From: Antedon mediterranea
Taxonomy: Eukaryota; Animalia; Echinodermata
NCBI RefSeq assembly: GCF_964355755.1
Contig: NC_092672.1
Location: 31,626,437 to 31,690,436 of the forward strand
Length of the DNA stretch: 64,000 nucleotides
Direction of reading: 5' to 3'
Positions 63,030 through 64,000 of the stretch are shown here, piece after piece (the stretch's first letter is position 1; the number at the start of each line of letters is the position of its first letter). The notes below the pieces were generated by a model. That model did not search any database. It was not told the DNA's origin and saw nothing but the letters and a program-made list of their open reading frames with translations. Position numbers and translations under genes: made by a program.

Positions 63030-63800
63030 GTACTAAAGTATGTCTGTAGCACAGTTACAAGATGTAGCAAGCAGCAACAGTCAGTATTAAAACACCTACA
63101 AAATTGTAGTGAACTTGGGATTTTATGTTGGTACCACAGCAGCAAAATAATGTAGCATGTTACATAAAAGCAGATTGTAGCATGCTACATGAACACATAC
63201 ATTTGTAATCAACTTGTGATCTTATGTTAGTACAACAGCAGTAAATACAATGCTGCTTGCTACATTCACGCAGCACAGTTTGTACACCATGCTTGCTGTA
63301 TGAAAGCACCTACAACTTTGTAGTAAACTTGTGATCTTATATTGGTACACATCAGCAAAACAATATAGTGTGTTGCAAATATTCAAGCAGTCTGTAGCAT
63401 GCTACGTAACACCTACAAGTTTGTAGTGAACCTGTGATCTTATGCTGGTAACACAGCAGCATATACAATGTAGCATGGTGTTGTTACATATATTCAAGCA
63501 GCACACAGTTTGTAGCATGCTTGCTGTAAAACATCTACAAGTGTGTAGTGATGCTGTGATCTTATGCTGGTAACACAGCAGCATATACAATGTAGCATGG
63601 TGTTGTTACATATATTCAAGCAGCACACAGTTTGTAGCATGCTTGCTGTATTAAACATCTACAAGTTTGTAGTGCACTTTTGATCTGATGTTGAAAAATA
63701 CTCAATAGCTAGCTTTACAACATATACTGTATAATATTTGAGCAGCATAGTTTATAATATGAAAACACCTACAAGTTTTTACTGAACCTGTGATGTTAAG
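63030..63800. repeat. Diverged ~120-bp tandem repeat
   Basis: Recurring tgtagcatgct..ctacaagtttgtagtgaac.tgtgatcttatg.tggta..acagcagc. Confidence 0.8.
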
Positions 63801-64000
63801 TGGCAAATAAAAAGTAGCTAGCTTTACAGTCAAGTAGCAACAGGTCTGCAGTAGTTGGTGTTTGGATGACAAAACAGCATCTAATCAAAATTAGCATGCT
63901 TGATACAAATTTAATTTCCACTAAAACTTTCCTTTTTTTAAAAAACATTTAGTAAATATAAAGCAATTTTTAAATAAAATATTTGTTATTATTTAGATAA

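Overview
AT-rich eukaryotic (animal) genomic DNA with GT-AG introns, probably a marine invertebrate deuterostome such as an echinoderm (inferred from the Deu-type SINEs and the repeat landscape; not provable here). Left half (1-28 kb): a minus-strand tandem array of histamine H3/H4-like aminergic GPCR genes with uninterrupted CDSs: three intact genes, one frameshifted copy and one TM5-TM7 half-gene. Most copies have a homologous upstream non-coding exon/promoter, and an extra such module at ~370-610 points to a further paralog left of the window. The array is interspersed with LINEs, including one CR1 with an intact ORF2. Middle: a possible decayed multi-exon gene (28-34.5 kb), a PRRT3/PRRT4-like 7TM gene, and a repeat-rich intergenic region (Tourist-like MITEs, SINEs, a tRNA-Asp(AUC)-like cloverleaf, and a 115-bp GPCR fragment between MITE ends). 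Right: a 13-exon WRAP73 gene head-to-head with a 2-exon MRPL51 gene. No CRISPR, rRNA or prokaryotic system was seen. All family assignments come from motif recognition, not database searches. The most notable signals are ligand-pocket diversification and mosaicism in the GPCR array, dispersed GPCR fragments, and the unusual tRNA-like gene inside a repeat.
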